From: Acidobacteriota bacterium
Lineage (GTDB): Bacteria; Acidobacteriota; UBA890; WLXD01
NCBI GenBank assembly: GCA_965248695.1
Contig: CBDFKD010000002.1
Coordinates: 416,001-480,000, forward strand
Direction of reading: 5' to 3'
Length of the DNA: 64,000 nucleotides
Below, in pieces: positions 21,607 through 32,004 of this stretch. The stretch's first letter is position 1, and each line of letters starts with the position of its first letter. The notes under the pieces were generated by a model. That model was given only the letters and a program-made list of their open reading frames with translations, was not told the origin of the DNA and did not search any database. The position numbers and the translations under genes were made by a program.

Positions 21607-21961
21607 TCGCCGGCGCGCCTGACAAAGAGCGTCGCGACCCGGTGGTAATTGAGCGTGGTCATCTCTCCCATTTCTGTACCTCGACGATGTTTCCTTCGGG
21701 ATCAGCGACGTACTGAAAGATCTCGAGACTCGGCCCGTCGTCTCCGTGACCGGGCAGGCGGAGGTGGCCCCGGACAATCGTGCCCCGCTGAGGCCGGTCG
21801 CCCGATCGAGCCACTCCCCAGAGAGATTCCGTTCCGGTGGGATGGGGACGCACCCGAACACCTCTTGGTAGAAGGCCGACAGCCGCCTCCAGTCCGTGGC
21901 GATCAAGTTCGTGTGCGCGTATCTCGAGTTATTTGCAAATGTTGTGGATCGGTGGATTTGT

Positions 21962-23218
21962 TCAGGCGGCGTCTTCGCTAGCGATCAGGTGAACTCCATC
22001 GACGAATGTGGCGCCCTCGAGTACGAGGGCAGTGAGGTGAGGAGCGTTGATGCGGCGCCATCGTTGCTGTGCCATCTCCAGGAGCTTGAATGCCATCGTC
22101 AGCGCCTTGGTGCGTGAGCCGGCGCCCTTGGTGACGCGTTGTCTCAGGCGTACGGTGGCGAACGCCGACTCGATCGGGTTGGCCGTGCGCAGATGAACCC
22201 AGTGGTCGGCGGGGAAGTCGTAGAACGTCAGCAGCTTGTCGGAGTCGCGTTGCAACGACGCCACGGCCTTGGAGTACTTGGCGCCGTAGTCGGCTGCGAA
22301 CCGCGCCATGCCCTCCTGAGCATCCTCGCGCGTTGGCGCACCGATGATCTCGTGCAGCGCGCGCTTGGCTTTGGCCTGCAGCCGCCTCGGTAGCTTGTCG
22401 AGCACGTTGCCAAGCCGATGCACCCAGCATCGTTGCTCTCGAGTCTGGGGCCATACATCCCGCACCGCCGCCCAGAACCCCAGCGCCCCATCACCCACTG
22501 CCACGAGCGGCGCCCGCATGCCTCGACGCTTCAGCTCCCGGAGCACGAACGCCCAGCTCTCGGTGCTCTCTCGATACCCGTCCTCGACCGCGATGAGCTC
22601 CTTGGTTCCGTCCGGCAAAACGCCCAGGATCACCAGCGTGCACAGCCGATCATCCTCGAGTCGAATGTTGAAGTGCACACCGTCCGCCCACACGTATACG
22701 TACTGCTTGGTGGACAGATCCAGCTTCCGGAATGCCTCGTACTCCGTGCTCCAGGCGTTCGTCAGCCGGCAGATCGCCGATGCCGACAGCCCGCTGGCTT
22801 CCTGTCCCAGTAAGATCGGCAGCGCCTCCTTGAAGTCGCCCGTCGACAGGCCCCGCAGGTACAGCACCGGCAGCACCTCCGCCACCTTCGGCGAGCGCCG
22901 CATGTAGGGCGGCAGGATCCGACTGCTGAACCGCTGCCTCAGTCCCTGCTCGTCGAGCCGCTTGTCGTTGACCCGTGGCGCGGCTACTTGCACCGTCCCG
23001 CACCCCAACGTGATCTTGCGTGCGCGAGCCCGACCGTTGCGTACCACTTGCCGACGGCCGGCTTCATCCAGTTGCCCGGCGTGGCTCTGGATATACTCCT
23101 GAACCTCCCACTCCAGTGCTGTTGCCAGCATCTGCAGCGCGCCCTGCCGGGCGAGCTCATCGACGTCCAGTGTCAGCTGTCCTTCCTCCGCGTCCGATCC
23201 ACCGATAATCTTGAGCAC
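21962..23218 (-). CDS. IS256-family transposase
   Basis: LYLRGLSTGDF, YVWADG, GDGALGFW, QRCWVH, RTANPIES; native GTG start 23218. Confidence 0.95.
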   Translation of the reverse strand: MLKIIGGSDAEEGQLTLDVDELARQGALQMLATALEWEVQEYIQSHAGQLDEAGRRQVVRNGRARARKITLGCGTVQVAAPRVNDKRLDEQGLRQRFSSRILPPYMRRSPKVAEVLPVLYLRGLSTGDFKEALPILLGQEASGLSASAICRLTNAWSTEYEAFRKLDLSTKQYVYVWADGVHFNIRLEDDRLCTLVILGVLPDGTKELIAVEDGYRESTESWAFVLRELKRRGMRAPLVAVGDGALGFWAAVRDVWPQTREQRCWVHRLGNVLDKLPRRLQAKAKRALHEIIGAPTREDAQEGMARFAADYGAKYSKAVASLQRDSDKLLTFYDFPADHWVHLRTANPIESAFATVRLRQRVTKGAGSRTKALTMAFKLLEMAQQRWRRINAPHLTALVLEGATFVDGVHLIASEDAA

Positions 23219-23243
23219 GGGTGGCGTCTCCTTCCCGGCCTCC

Positions 23244-24503
23244 TGACCTGACCCCGCGGTTAGTACCATGTCTTATCTCAGTAACTCGGTGCTGACAAGA
23301 GGTTGTTGAGGCCGGCGAAGCGGAGCGCAGCCGGCTTCAACAACGTCGCTTCGGGTGCGGGCGGCCGATAGCTCAGCGAGCTGTGCGGTCGCATGCGGTT
23401 GTAGTGCTGACGCCATCTCTCGATCAGAACCTTTGCCTCCTTGAGCGTGTAGAAGATCTCTCCATCCAGCAGCTCGTCGCGTAGCTTGCCGTTGAAGCTC
23501 TCCACGTAACCGTTCTCCCACGGCGAGCCCGGCTCGATGAACAGCGTCCCCACGCCCAACCGGCCCAGCCAGTCGCGAACCGCCTCGGCGGTGAACTCTG
23601 GTCCGTTATCCGACCGGATGTGCTCAGGTATGCCCCGGTGTACGAACAACCTCCCGAGCTGCTCCAGCACGTCCTCAGAGTTGAGCTTCCGTGCTACATG
23701 GATCGCCAGGCTTTCTCGTGTGTACTCATCGACGATCGTCAGCAGCCTCATAGCCCGACCGTCGTGCGTCCGGTGGTGCAGGAAGTCATACGCCCAGACA
23801 TGATCCCGGTGCTGTGGGCGCAGCCGGATGCAGGAGCCATCGCTCAGCCACAGCCGTGCTCGTTTGGGCTGTTTTCTCGGTACTTTCAGCCCTTCGCGCC
23901 GCCAGATACGCTGCACTCGTTTGTGGTTCACGGACCAGCCCTCCATGCGCAGCAACGCTGTCACCCTCCGATATCCGTAGCGCCCGTACTGTCGGGCTAA
24001 ATCCACGATCCGCTCCGTCAAAATCTGCTCCTGTTGCGGCTCTCTTGGCACGTACCGGTGTGTCGTGCGTGGTTGTTTCAGTACCCGACACGCCCGCCTC
24101 TCCGAGACGCCCAGCCGCCCCCGTACATGTGCCACCGCCTCTCGCCGCCGAGCTGGGCTCAGAAGTTTCCCTCCGCCACTTCCTTCAGGATCGACAGGTC
24201 GAGTTCCTTTTCCGCCACCAGCCTCTTGAGCCGGGCATTCTCCTTCTCCAGTTGCTTGAGCTTTCTGGCCTGGTTGAGCTTCAGTCCGCCGTACTCTCGC
24301 CGCCACCGGTAGTAGGTGTGCTCGGTGATTGCTAGCTTGCGGCAGGCATCCTTGACCGTCGCCCCTCGAGCCAGCTCCACCTCAGCCTCCCGGAGCTTGC
24401 GTACGATCTGCTCGGCGCTGTGCCTCTTACTCGGCATTCTGACCTCCCGTTCTTGACCCAGATCGTGAGATTACATCCGGATCCGTTTTCGGGGGTCAGG
24501 TCA
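23244..24503 (-). mobile_element. IS3-family element, copy 2, nested in the IS256 leader
   Basis: Same termini and ORF translations as copy 1; flanks CTCC / CTGG, no TSD. Confidence 0.97.
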
Positions 24504-24700
24504 CTGGTTGTTGATGATCCCAGCGAAGGTTACGCCGCCTTTCTTTTTCCTCCCATCCACAACTTCCGGTTATATCTCGCGTATCTCGTCGGCATATTCG
24601 TGTTCCTTGAATCGCCAGCTGCGCCGAGCACGACGATCGATCACCGCCCCGTCGGTGCCATGGTCACTGCGATGGCCGCTTGCATGCTGTTCGTACCAGT

Positions 24701-24724
24701 TGTACCCTTAGTTCACATGGTACA
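24701..24724. promoter_or_regulatory. Probable GntR (YtrA-type) operator
   Basis: TGTACC-N12-GGTACA, about 20 bp upstream of the GntR ATG. Confidence 0.6.
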
Positions 24725-24745
24725 CACGCCGAGGGCTAACACAGC

Positions 24746-25126
24746 ATGGAAATAGTCATCGACATCGACGATTCCGCCCCGTTGTTCGCTCAGTTGATCG
24801 CTCAGATCAAGCAGGCCGTGCTCTCCGAGGACCTGGACCCAGGGGATGCCCTACCTTCGATCCGACAACTTGCCAACGACCTCGAACTCAACAACAAGAC
24901 CGTGGCGAAAGCCTACAGACTCCTGGAGCGGGACTCGGTCATCCAGACCAAGGGTTACCGCGGCACCTTCGTTCACCCGGACGCCAAGGCCAACAGCACC
25001 ATCGACTTGAACGCGTGGGTTGTCACGACGCTGCGCGAAGCGATCGAGGCACTCAGAGGGTCAGGCGCGACCGACTCCGAGATTCGAATTGCGTTCGGCG
25101 ACGTCATGAATCGCCGCGACAGTTAA
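24746..25126 (+). CDS. GntR family (YtrA subfamily) regulator
   Basis: LPSIRQLANDLELNNKTVAKAYRLLE...GTFV; short C-terminus. Confidence 0.93.
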   Translation: MEIVIDIDDSAPLFAQLIAQIKQAVLSEDLDPGDALPSIRQLANDLELNNKTVAKAYRLLERDSVIQTKGYRGTFVHPDAKANSTIDLNAWVVTTLREAIEALRGSGATDSEIRIAFGDVMNRRDS

Positions 25127-25135
25127 GGAGATGAC

Positions 25136-25984
25136 ATGTCCGCACATGCGTTGTTGTACGTCGTGTTCCTGAGTCAGGTGGTTCTCATCTCGCTCTATCT
25201 TCCAACCAAGCTACTGAACCGAATGCGATACATCGTCGGGCGGTATCCGCCATCGGAGTATCCGAAGCTCTATCCGGTTCCACTCGACGCGGTCGAGCGC
25301 ACCCAACGCAACTACCGGAACATGAACGTGTTCACGCTGCTGGTGGGTTTGGCATTGGTCCTGGTGAGCGTCCTGGTCCCGAGGGACGAAATACTCGACT
25401 GGAGCACCTCGGTGATCACGATCTACATGGCGCTCCAATGGTCGCCGCTGATCATCGCCACAACAGCCGGGTTCACCTACTTCAATCTCAAGCGACGGCC
25501 TGATCCACGTTCCACCCGCAGCGCTAACCTGCACCCGCGCCGCCTCTTCGATTTCGTTTCACCAACGTTGGTCGGCGCCGCAGCCGTGGTGTTTGCGGCC
25601 TTCGTCCTGCTCATCCTGTACGTGAACCAGTTCGATTTTCCGTGGTTCGGTGGGTATCTGAACATCGTCGCGATAGCGGCTGCCAATCTCCTGTTCGCGG
25701 CGATCATCTACAAGAGCCTGTATGGCAAGAAGAAGGACCCGTACAAGACGCACGAAGATCGGATCCGAGAGATCGAGCTCACGGTAGGAGCCCTGGTCTG
25801 GACCAGCATTGTCGCTACGTTGTTCGTGTCGATCGCGGTGCTGCTTCGCGCTGCCGGGCTACCGGATGCAATCCCGGTAGCCATGAGCCTCTACTTTCAG
25901 GTCCTGGCCGTAGTCAGCTTCCGGGCCTTTCGCATCGATCAAGTGAACTTCGAGGTCTACAAGGATGATCCGGTCGTCGCGTAG
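25136..25984 (+). CDS. Multi-pass membrane protein co-transcribed with GntR
   Basis: AAGGAG RBS; about 7 TM segments. Confidence 0.8.
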   Translation: MSAHALLYVVFLSQVVLISLYLPTKLLNRMRYIVGRYPPSEYPKLYPVPLDAVERTQRNYRNMNVFTLLVGLALVLVSVLVPRDEILDWSTSVITIYMALQWSPLIIATTAGFTYFNLKRRPDPRSTRSANLHPRRLFDFVSPTLVGAAAVVFAAFVLLILYVNQFDFPWFGGYLNIVAIAAANLLFAAIIYKSLYGKKKDPYKTHEDRIREIELTVGALVWTSIVATLFVSIAVLLRAAGLPDAIPVAMSLYFQVLAVVSFRAFRIDQVNFEVYKDDPVVA

Positions 25985-26048
25985 CTGTGACAGGATGATG
26001 GCGCTGCAGCGTCGAGGGTCGGCGGACTCCACAGCGGAGGCGGAAGCG

Positions 26049-26348
26049 ATGGAAATAGTCATCAATGTCGATGATTCCAGCCCCTTGCTGGCTCGAGTCA
26101 TCGGGCAGATCAAGGAGGCGGTGCTCAGCAATCGGTTGTGCCCTGGCGAACGCCTACCCTCGATTCGGCAGCTGGCCAACGACCTGGAGGTCAGCCACAA
26201 GACCGTGGCGACAGCTTACGGCCTGCTCGAGCGCGACTCGGTCATTCAAACCAAACCTGGTCGCGGCACGTTCGTTCATCCCCAGGCCAAGGCGAACAGC
26301 AGTCGAGTTGGCTGGAGCTGGTGCCCCTTGGCGCCGAACACCAACTGA
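26049..26348 (+). pseudogene. Second YtrA-type GntR paralog, C-terminus lost
   Basis: Collinear with GntR 1 up to KANS, then diverges. Confidence 0.7.
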
Positions 26349-27187
26349 CTGCTTTGGCGAGGAGAATCGGTGCGGCGGCGGAAGTGGCCCTGGTCCTGGC
26401 GCTGTTTCTCTATGCCAGGGACCTCCTCAGAGGCTCTGGCTTTGGTGAGTGGCAGGAATCGCTGTTCGGCGCGCCAATAATCTCCAGCTGCCTGCTCTTC
26501 TTCGCGCTGCCCTTGGCGGTGGTCTTGATCGGTGGTCGCGACCCGGGTAGCTGTGGCCTCACAACTGGGAACTTGGCGTATCACCGTCGCGTCGCGCTGA
26601 GGGCAGCCTCGATCGTCATGCCCGTGACTACCCTGTTTCCGGTCATCGGCTGGCTCGGAACAGAGCACAAGGCCTGGTTGGGCGCGTCAGTATTGGCCGT
26701 CGGATTCGCCGTCGCCGGACTGCTCGTCGCCCGCAGGAGCCGACAGCAGGCGAACTCGGCTCGAGCGGAACTCTCCTGGAGAGGCCTTCCGGTCTATGTC
26801 GCGCTGCTCGCCATTGGCGTGTTCGTCAGCTACCTGTTGCATCCTCTGTCACCGCTGGCAACACGGGTTGTCGCCGTGCTGATTTTCGTGGGCTTCCTGG
26901 AGGAGTTCTTCTTCCGTGGCTACGTTCAATCACGGCTCAATGACTGCTTTGGCAAGCCGTTCAGTTTTCAGAACGTCGATTTCGGCGCGGGCCTGCTCCT
27001 CACCGCGGCGATATTTGGCCTGTTTCATCCGCTCACTGCTACCGGTGACACACCATGGGCCTGGGCACTCTGGACTGCTTCAGGCGGCTTGGTCTTCGGT
27101 TTTCTGCGCCAGAAGACCGGCGCCGCGCTGGCCCCTGCGATGCTGCACGGTGCGATATGGCTCCCGGGAGTGTTCTTCGGCCCCTGA
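26345..27187 (+). CDS. CPBP/Abi family intramembrane metalloprotease (start uncertain)
   Basis: EEFFFRGY...FGLFH...LHG motifs. Confidence 0.85.
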   Translation: MTALARRIGAAAEVALVLALFLYARDLLRGSGFGEWQESLFGAPIISSCLLFFALPLAVVLIGGRDPGSCGLTTGNLAYHRRVALRAASIVMPVTTLFPVIGWLGTEHKAWLGASVLAVGFAVAGLLVARRSRQQANSARAELSWRGLPVYVALLAIGVFVSYLLHPLSPLATRVVAVLIFVGFLEEFFFRGYVQSRLNDCFGKPFSFQNVDFGAGLLLTAAIFGLFHPLTATGDTPWAWALWTASGGLVFGFLRQKTGAALAPAMLHGAIWLPGVFFGP

Positions 27188-27263
27188 GCCGCTCCTGTCC
27201 CCTGGTTTCGGCGGCAACCTGTAACGTGTGCCGTACGACCGCGTAGCAACGAAGCGAGGGAGC

Positions 27264-28019
27264 ATGCTCATGTCCGCCGACGACAGGGAGTCAAGTAGGG
27301 GACCTCGCCGGTTTGCCACCACTCGGTGGAGTCTGGTCGTGGCTGCCGGAGACAGTAGCTCCGAGGGTTCCGAGCGCGCCCTGGCGGAGCTGTGCGAACG
27401 GTATTGGTACCCACTCTACGCCTATGCGCGCCGCCGCGGCTACGACCCCGAGGACGCACGCGACCTGACACAAGCTTTCTTCGTCAAGTTGCTGGAAAAA
27501 CGGGACTTACGGGCCGCCGACCCGGCGCGCGGGCGGTTTCGTACGTTCCTGCTGTCTTCCATGAAGAACTTCCTGGCCGGCGAATGGCGCAAAGACCAGG
27601 CGCAAAAGCGGGGAGGGGCGGTCCGCGTCCTGTCGCTCGACTTCGACTCGGCTGAGGAGTCGTACGCGTTGGAGCCCTCGCACGAGCTGAGTCCGGAGGT
27701 GATTTACGAGCGTCGTTGGGCCCTGGGCCTGCTTGATCGGGCGGTAACCGATCTCCGGGATCGGTATGCCGAAGCCGGCAACCTCGAGATATTCGATGCA
27801 CTGAAGGGCTTTCTCGGGGGCACGGATGATGTGCTTCCCTACTCAGAGCTGTCGCGGCGTCTCGGCCACAGCGAGGGGGCGCTGCGCACGGCCGCCTCGC
27901 GTCTGCGCTCCCGCTGGCGAAAACAGCTACGCCGGCTGGTCGCCGAGACGGTTCGAGACCCGTCCGATGTCCAGGACGAGCTTCAGAGCCTGATCGACTC
28001 CGTCGACGTCGGCGTGTAA
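27264..28019 (+). CDS. ECF sigma factor of the kinase-associated type
   Basis: FATTRWSLV...LCERYWYPLYAYARRRG...DLTQAFF...GRFRTFL; sigma4-like SRLRSRW. Confidence 0.88.
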   Translation: MLMSADDRESSRGPRRFATTRWSLVVAAGDSSSEGSERALAELCERYWYPLYAYARRRGYDPEDARDLTQAFFVKLLEKRDLRAADPARGRFRTFLLSSMKNFLAGEWRKDQAQKRGGAVRVLSLDFDSAEESYALEPSHELSPEVIYERRWALGLLDRAVTDLRDRYAEAGNLEIFDALKGFLGGTDDVLPYSELSRRLGHSEGALRTAASRLRSRWRKQLRRLVAETVRDPSDVQDELQSLIDSVDVGV

Positions 28020-28529
28020 CAGTCCGGCCCCGACCGCATAGAACCAGGTATGAGCCCACCACGCATCTGTCCCAACTGTCAGACCACCGTCCCTGCCGAC
28101 GCGCCCGATGGCGTCTGCCCCGCGTGCGCGCTGCGTGCCGGATTCGACGACGGTCAAGCGACCGCTTCATCGACCCGGGCGGCCCCGATGCGGCGCTCAC
28201 AGCCGCTACCGGTTGAACAACTCGCCCGCCAGCTCCCCGAGCTCGAGCAGTTCGAGCTCATCGGCCAGGGCGGCATGGGTGCGGTCTACAGGGCACGCCA
28301 CCGGAAGCTCGATCGACCAGTTGCCGTCAAGGTGCTCGACTCGGCTCTGCGCGACACCGACTCATTTGCCGAGCGTTTTGCTCGGGAAGCACGCACTCTG
28401 GCGCAGCTCGACCACCCGAACGTCGTGCGGGTCTACGATTTCGGCCACCGAGACGATCTCTACTACCTCATCATGGAACTGGTGGACGGCGTCAACCTGC
28501 GGCAGACGATCGAGGCCGGGGGGCTGGCA

Positions 28530-29892
28530 GGATCCGGCCCGAGTCCTGTGGAAATAAAGATGGCGTAACCTCCGAGTAGGAAAAACACAAAGCCGCCACG
28601 AGCGGCAGGAGGCTACGCCGTGAAGCAGGTTAGCACGGAGGGAACCGGGCTCGTCGAGTTCCGGCAGGACGTACAGGCGCTGTTGCGCACCAGGATCCGC
28701 GAGGCGATCCAGATGACGCTTGACGAGGAGCTCACCGAGGCGCTGGGTTGCGACCGATACGAGCGCAACGGGCAGCGGCGAGGCTACCGCAACGGCAGCC
28801 AAAGGCGTCGGGTGACGACAGCCCAAGGGCTCCAGGAGCTGGACATACCGCGGGGGCGCATCGTGGGGCAAGACGGCAGCACCCGAGAGTTCCGCAGCGC
28901 GATCCTGCCACGGTACGCACGGCGAGCCCGGCAGGTGGACGAGGCGATCCTGGGAGCATACCTGGCGGGAGCCAACACCCGGCGGATCCGCAAGGCGCTC
29001 TCTCCGCTGCTGGGCAAGGCGCACCTGACCAAGAGCACGATCTCCAGGGTGGTGGGGCGCCTGAAGGCGTACTTCGAGCGCTGGAGACAGCGAGATGTGT
29101 CAGGCGAGCGGTACTGGATCCTGTATTTGGACGGGTTCCATCTGAAGGTCAGGCTGGCGAGGCGGGTCGTGTCGGCGCCGGTACTGGCGGTGCTCGGGGT
29201 CCAGCCCGACGGCCAGAAGGTGTTGGTAGCGTTGCAGTTGGCGGTCTCGGAGGCAGCGGTGCACTGGCAAGGACTGATCGAGTCGCTGGTGAGACGAGGG
29301 CTGCAGGCGCCGGAGGTGCTGATCGCCGACGGCCACAAGGGCCTGGCCAAGGCGATCGAGGTATGGCCCGATGTGTCGGTGCAGCGGTGCACACAACACA
29401 AGTGGAGCAACTTACGCGACCACTGCCCGGTTCATGCACGTGCGGAGATGAAGCGGGACTGGGATGCGATCGTCCGGGCCGATGACGGCAACCAGGCCAG
29501 AGCCGCCTACGCCGCCTTCGTACGCAAGTGGTCGACCCTCGTGCCCGCCGTGGCCCGGAGCCTGCAGGAGGCCGGCTTGAACCTGCTGACTTTCTACCAG
29601 TTCCCGAAGCCGATGTGGAAGACGCTGCGCACCACCAACGCCCTCGAGAACCTGAACCGGGAGTTCCGTCGTCGTACCAAGACGCAGGGCTCGTTCTCGA
29701 CCGAGGCCGCTGGGGTGACGTTGCTGTGGAGCCTGGTCGCCTTCGGCCAGATCCGCATGCGACGCATCGATGGCCACCGGTTCTTGGCTCAGCTCACGTG
29801 CGGCCCCGACAAACAGGCCGCCTAACCGATAGGATCATCCGTCGTCGCGGAGGAGACGCTCATCCAATTTCCACGACATTCGGGGCACATCC
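28530..29892 (+). mobile_element. IS256-family element B
   Basis: IRs GGATCCGGCCCGAGTCCTGTGGAAAT / GGATGTGCCCCGAATGTCGTGGAAAT; 8-bp TSD GGCTGGCA (28522-28529, 29893-29900). Confidence 0.95.
28620..29825 (+). CDS. IS256-family transposase
   Basis: GYRNG, LYLDG, ADGHKGL, QRCTQHK, RTTNALENLNREFRRRT. Confidence 0.95.
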   Translation: MKQVSTEGTGLVEFRQDVQALLRTRIREAIQMTLDEELTEALGCDRYERNGQRRGYRNGSQRRRVTTAQGLQELDIPRGRIVGQDGSTREFRSAILPRYARRARQVDEAILGAYLAGANTRRIRKALSPLLGKAHLTKSTISRVVGRLKAYFERWRQRDVSGERYWILYLDGFHLKVRLARRVVSAPVLAVLGVQPDGQKVLVALQLAVSEAAVHWQGLIESLVRRGLQAPEVLIADGHKGLAKAIEVWPDVSVQRCTQHKWSNLRDHCPVHARAEMKRDWDAIVRADDGNQARAAYAAFVRKWSTLVPAVARSLQEAGLNLLTFYQFPKPMWKTLRTTNALENLNREFRRRTKTQGSFSTEAAGVTLLWSLVAFGQIRMRRIDGHRFLAQLTCGPDKQAA

Positions 29893-30906
29893 GGCTGGCA
29901 CCCAGAGAGGCTCTCGCCATGGTTCCCCACATCTGCGAGGCGCTCCAGTACGCCCACGATCAGGGCGTGGTGCACCGCGACATCAAGCCCGAGAACATCC
30001 TGGTTGACCGAAACGGATCGATCAAGATCGCCGACTTCGGACTGGCGAAGCTCATCGGCGGAGAAATCGGGCGACCCTTGACGCAGACCGCGCAGATCAT
30101 GGGAACGCCCGCCTACATGGCTCCCGAACAGCTCGAGAATCCGGGCGAGGTCGACCATCGGGCCGACATCTTCGCGCTTGGCGTCGTGTTCTACGAGCTG
30201 CTGACCGGTGAGCTCCCGATCGGCAGGTTCCCTCCGCCGTCGAAGAAGGTACAGATCGACGTACGCCTCGACGACGTCGTCCTTCGCACGCTGGAGAAGG
30301 AGCCGGGGAGGCGCTACCAGCAGGCCAGCGAGCTCCGATCCGCTGTGGAGTCGCTGACGGCCGGTGGCAACGAGACGACCGCGGTGCACGAAGAGTCGGA
30401 AGAACCCGGACCGGGCCCGGAAGACCCGCGAGACTACGAGTATCGCTCCGCGGCGACCGTTTTCGGATTGCCGCTCGTGCACATCGCATCTGGGCGCGAT
30501 CCCAACGGCACGAGGATGCGCCTTGCCAGCGGCATCATCGCCATCGGCGACGCGGCGATCGGCGTCGTCGCCATCGGGGTCTTCCCCTTCGGCGGGATCA
30601 CGATCGGCCCTTTTGGCATAGGCCTCGTGAGCATCGGCGGGGTCGTGTTCGGCCTGTTCACGGCGATCGGCGGTGTCGCCGCCGGAGGTTTCGCAGTCGG
30701 CGGGATCGCGGCCGGTCTGACCGCACTCGGCGCTCTGCATTTCGAGTTCTTTGAGCCGAGTGTTGCGGTGCTCTTACCGGCGTTGCTAGTCACGGTCGGG
30801 TGTCTCGCGATCGCTGCAGGAGCTGCCGCGACCGCCTGGATCATGGCTGCCCGAGCCGAATCCCGAGCCGGGCCGCCCGGCTGAAGCATTCTCCGACTGC
30901 CGAGCG

Positions 30907-31539
30907 TCAACCGTCGAGCAGCTTGTGTTCGATCAGCCGCCGCTCGAGCTCGTCGGGTCCGCGTACGAGCTCCGCCTGAAACCCCAGCTCAACGGCTGCC
31001 TCGATGTTCTTTTCGGCGTCATCCAGGAACAGGACGGCGCTCGGATGAACCGCGAGATCCGCCAGCACGGCGTGGAAGATCGCAGGATCAGGCTTCGCGA
31101 GGCCGAGCTCGAAGGAGACGTACGACTTGTCCAAATACGGCTCGAGCCAGACACGAAACGAGTCCCAATGGAGCTCATTCGAGTTGCTCAGGCAGGCCAA
31201 TCGAAACCGCCCACGAAGCGCACCGAGAAGCGATCGGGCACCCGGGTACAACCCACGCGGCCAGCTCGCGAACGCGGTCAAGAACTCCTCCGCGGAGAGA
31301 CCGAGGTCCCATTCAGAGAGAAAACGGTCGGCGAAGACCCGCGGTGCAGTTCTACCGAGCTCGAAGTCGCGAACAGACGCAGACATGAGCCAGCGCGTCC
31401 GTATCCCGTCGGTGGTTGCGTGCCCGCGAAGTAGATCCGCGATCTCCTCGAATCCCGCAAAGTCGATCAGGACACCGCCGAGATCGAACAGAATCACTTC
31501 CGGCTCGGACCGCCGCCATCCCCTCTCGCCGCCGGACAC
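30907..31539 (-). CDS. HAD-family phosphatase (YihX-like)
   Basis: FDLGGVL, LSNSN, KPDP.IF, FLDD..KNI. Confidence 0.9.
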   Translation of the reverse strand: MSGGERGWRRSEPEVILFDLGGVLIDFAGFEEIADLLRGHATTDGIRTRWLMSASVRDFELGRTAPRVFADRFLSEWDLGLSAEEFLTAFASWPRGLYPGARSLLGALRGRFRLACLSNSNELHWDSFRVWLEPYLDKSYVSFELGLAKPDPAIFHAVLADLAVHPSAVLFLDDAEKNIEAAVELGFQAELVRGPDELERRLIEHKLLDG

Positions 31540-31557
31540 TGCCCGAGATCAGCTCAG

Positions 31558-32004
31558 CTAGTCCCTGACAAACCTGACGCTTTGGATCAGGCCGTCTCTC
31601 ACCTCGTATATCGAGACGTATTCCGTGTCGGTGTCGCCGTAGCTGACGGTCTCGTGATTCACGACGTAGGTGTCCTTGGCGATCTGATGATGAATCTCGA
31701 CGTGCACAACGCCCTCCTCGAACATCGGCTCGAAGATGCTGCGAAGGTGGTCCCTGCCCCCACCCAATGATCTGTCCGGGTAATTGAAGATCTCGATCCC
31801 GTCGGCATACAGGTCCATGAAGGCGCCCAGGTCGTGACGATTGTAGGCACTCATACGGCGGTTCACGATGTCCAGCGGAGTTGCGTCACGGTCCCCTGGA
31901 GGCGCCGATCCGCTCTGCTGCGCCGAACCGGACGATGGCGCGTCCGGCGCGCACCCAACAAGAGCGCTGGTCAACGCAGCGACAAGGAAGAGAGGCGATT
32001 TCAT
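31558..32004 (-). CDS. SnoaL/NTF2-like lipoprotein
   Basis: LVGC lipobox; AYNRHDLGAFMDLYAD...IYEVRDGLI. Confidence 0.8.
   Translation of the reverse strand: MKSPLFLVAALTSALVGCAPDAPSSGSAQQSGSAPPGDRDATPLDIVNRRMSAYNRHDLGAFMDLYADGIEIFNYPDRSLGGGRDHLRSIFEPMFEEGVVHVEIHHQIAKDTYVVNHETVSYGDTDTEYVSIYEVRDGLIQSVRFVRD

Larger units (their letters stand above)
21926..24578 (-). mobile_element. IS256-family element A carrying a nested IS3
   Basis: Imperfect 24-bp IRs GAG.TAT......A.GTTGTGGAT; 9-bp TSD GCGTATCTC (21917-21925, 24579-24587). Confidence 0.92.
21659..24595 (-). pseudogene. VOC/glyoxalase gene split by IS256 (start codons at 24595-24579, body 21925-21659), also frameshifted and internally deleted
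   Basis: Removing IS256 gives MPTRYAHTNLIATDWRRLSAFY; later LEIFQY is joined directly to VADPEGNIVE. Confidence 0.85.
28050..30884 (+). pseudogene. Ser/Thr protein kinase (N-terminal Zn ribbon, C-terminal Gly-rich membrane domain) split by IS256
   Basis: GQGGMGAVY, VAVK before the IS; HRDIKPEN, DFGLAK, GTPAYMAPE after; joins in frame on IS removal. Confidence 0.93.

Noticed and set aside
23219-23269. N-terminal extension MVLTAGSGQ of the IS256 transposase (also ORF 10624-10950)
   Set aside because: The ATG comes from the IS3 right end, not the native gene; kept only as a possible fusion start.
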